DNA from: Octopus sinensis
Taxonomy: Eukaryota
Assembly: GCF_006345805.1 (NCBI RefSeq)
Contig: NW_021827697.1
Coordinates: forward strand, 1-10,064
DNA: 10,064 nucleotides
Reading direction: 5' to 3'
The notes under the pieces: generated by a model
Seen by the model: only the letters and a program-made list of their open reading frames with translations
What the model was told of the DNA's origin: nothing
The model's database searches: none
In this document: piece after piece, positions 8,081 to 10,064 of the stretch
Layout: every line of letters begins with the position of its first letter
How positions within the stretch are numbered: the stretch's first letter is position 1
Translations under genes and position numbers: made by a program

Positions 8081-8269
8081 TACAACGGAATATGCGAGCA
8101 TATATACATACATACAATGTGCGTGCGTGCGTGTGTGTGTGTGAGTGTGTATGTGTGCGTGTATGATTATATACTTAATACACACACACATACATTCATG
8201 TATATGTCATATGCAAATACGGATAGCTACATATATAAACACAAAACACAAACACTCGCACATTCTAAA

Positions 8270-8314
<45 letters not shown>

Positions 8315-8330
8315 CACACATTCACACACA

Positions 8331-8368
<38 letters not shown>

Positions 8369-9076
8369 CTACATACATATACATACATAGATACATACAT
8401 ATGCATACATACCTTGTGTTTATATAGATACATGTATTTACATACATATATTGATACATAGATAGATAGATAGACACAAACACATACACACACACACACA
8501 TACACACACACATATCCTATTTTTAAAGCGATTTTTTTCTTAATTTTTGTGGGTTTTCTGTTTGTATTTTCAGGTGGCTTTCGTCATCGTCATCGTCGTC
8601 ATCGTCATCGCCGTCGTCGTCATCGTTATCGTCGTTGTCGTGGTCGTCATCGTTGTCATGATTACCGTTCCTATTGTCATTATAATTATCGTTTTTGTTG
8701 TTTTGCTGCTGCTACTGTTGTTGTTGTTGCTGTTGTTATTGTTTTGCAGATTGTTGTATTACGTTTCGAGCAAGTACAACTTATTGATAATTTCTTAATT
8801 TCTCTCCTTTTTAAATGTTTCTTCTTTTTTCTTTTTTAAATTTTTGTCTCATGCTTTAAGAATAGCTTTTGTTAAACTGTGACATGCTTTTAAATTCGCG
8901 CACACACACACACACATACACACACATACACACACATACACATATATATAGAGAGAGCATGTATGCTATATGTAAATATATATATTATATATATATTATA
9001 TTTTTATATAAATATATATATTACATATATCTATATGTGTACATACATACATGTATGTATATATATATATATAATC

Positions 9077-9147
<71 letters not shown>

Positions 9148-9163
9148 CATACATACATGTATG

Positions 9164-9205
<42 letters not shown>

Positions 9206-9330
9206 ACACAACACTGCATGCATAATATGTATATGTATACATATACATCGACATACTTGGCCTTATTGCTATTGTTGCTGTTATTGTTACTGCTGCTGCT
9301 GCTGTTGTTGTTGTTGTTGTTGTTGTTGCT
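6979..9330. repeat. Microsatellite field: (TA)n, (TG)n, (CATA)n ~7597-7652, (ATT)n ~7763-7855, (CAT/CGT)n ~8581-8660, (GTT/GCT)n ~9262-9330
   Basis: Direct reading; only short unique spacers lie between the repeats. Confidence 0.95.
7317..7334 (+). mobile_element. SINE head stub (A-box only)
   Basis: GCATGACTGCGTGGTTAG matches 1951-1968 at 17 of 18 positions. Confidence 0.35.
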
Positions 9331-9732
9331 AACTCTATTGTTTCCGCTATATGCTAATTAATGCAAAGTTGCATTAATGTATTTCTGATGAGAACGCTTG
9401 CTCTATTTTTCTTTTCCTCCATCTTCCAGGCAAAACCCGATAACTGGGAGTACCAATGATTGTCGATAGATACTCCGAAGTACCACAGACTAACATACGC
9501 GGTGGCGGGGGTCGCTACCTTACATTCTGGGAGGTCACTTCCTGTTATAATGTTGCTTATTTATTTATGTATTTCTTCCTTAATCCCGTTTCTCGTGGAA
9601 AACTTAGAAATGGCTCAATATCACCTCAGCGAAATCTAAGGACTGCTGCCTTGCAAACAGGGCAGAGGAAATACATATTCATACTTATACATATATGTAT
9701 ATATATATATACATATATATATGTATATATAT

Positions 9733-9900
9733 CATTTACTTGTTTCAGTCATTTGACTGCGGCCATGCTGGGGCACCGCCTTGAAATTTTAGTCGAATAT
9801 ATCGACCCCAGTTCTTATGGTTTAAAGTTTGGTTCTTAGACTGTCGGTCTCTTGTGCTGAACCTCTAAGTTACGAGGGACTTAAACACACCGATTGTCAA
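9733..9900 (-). mobile_element. SINE 3' portion
   Basis: Shares the GTCGA(A/T)TATATCGACCCCAGT block with the 2853-3075 SINE. The remainder matches a recalled octopus SINE tail (not database-checked). Confidence 0.65.
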
Positions 9901-9950
9901 GCACTGGTGTTGGTGGGGCACATATTCACACAAAAGAAACTCACACTCCA

Positions 9951-9987
<37 letters not shown>

Positions 9988-9989
9988 CA

Positions 9990-10064
9990 TATAATCCACT
10001 TAAAAGGCTTCAGTCGGCCGAGGCTTATAGTAAAGACACTTGCCAAGGTGCCACACAGTGGGAC
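9990..10064 (-). mobile_element. SINE, truncated by window edge
   Basis: Minus strand GTCCCACTGTGTGGCACCTTGGCAAGTGTCTTTACTAT resembles the post-B-box body of tRNA SINEs and loosely matches 2274-2340. Confidence 0.55.

Noticed and set aside
6327-9361. Track ORFs with poly-I/Y, poly-L/V or RH-rich translations
   Set aside because: Translations of di- and trinucleotide microsatellites.
7860-9530. Plus-strand acceptor-like sites (AG near 7900/7914, at 8572-8573 and at 9428-9429) as exons of a second gene
   Set aside because: They are followed by microsatellite or by stops in all three frames; T-rich tracts are common here. An antisense lncRNA cannot be excluded without RNA data.
1-10064. CRISPR array, rRNA, genuine tRNA genes or prokaryotic systems
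   Set aside because: No regular repeat-spacer array or operon-like ORFs; the tRNA-like boxes belong to SINE heads.

Overview
Eukaryotic, AT-rich, microsatellite-dense DNA. From my recall of its SINE families it is most likely an octopus or other coleoid cephalopod genome (inference, not searched). The one credible coding feature is missing from the ORF track: a minus-strand frame starting at ATG 355 and running off the left edge (118 aa, MYCGIDPHAMG...WHPHIYEKPPKQPTPHSIRNILG...A9...). Its eh1-like motif and poly-Ala run suggest the first coding exon of a developmental, probably homeobox, repressor. The rest is probably its 5' intron or upstream region. That part holds tRNA-derived SINEs, a ~390-bp foldback, two degenerate minimal hammerhead-like motifs of the Penelope type, and a ~2.7-kb high-complexity island (about 3607-6320). 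The most unusual signal lies in the island: a gap-free 167-bp inverted repeat at 77% identity (5474-5640 / 5734-5900) whose arms have exon-like splice boundaries. Nearly all ORF-track calls are microsatellite or shadow artefacts.
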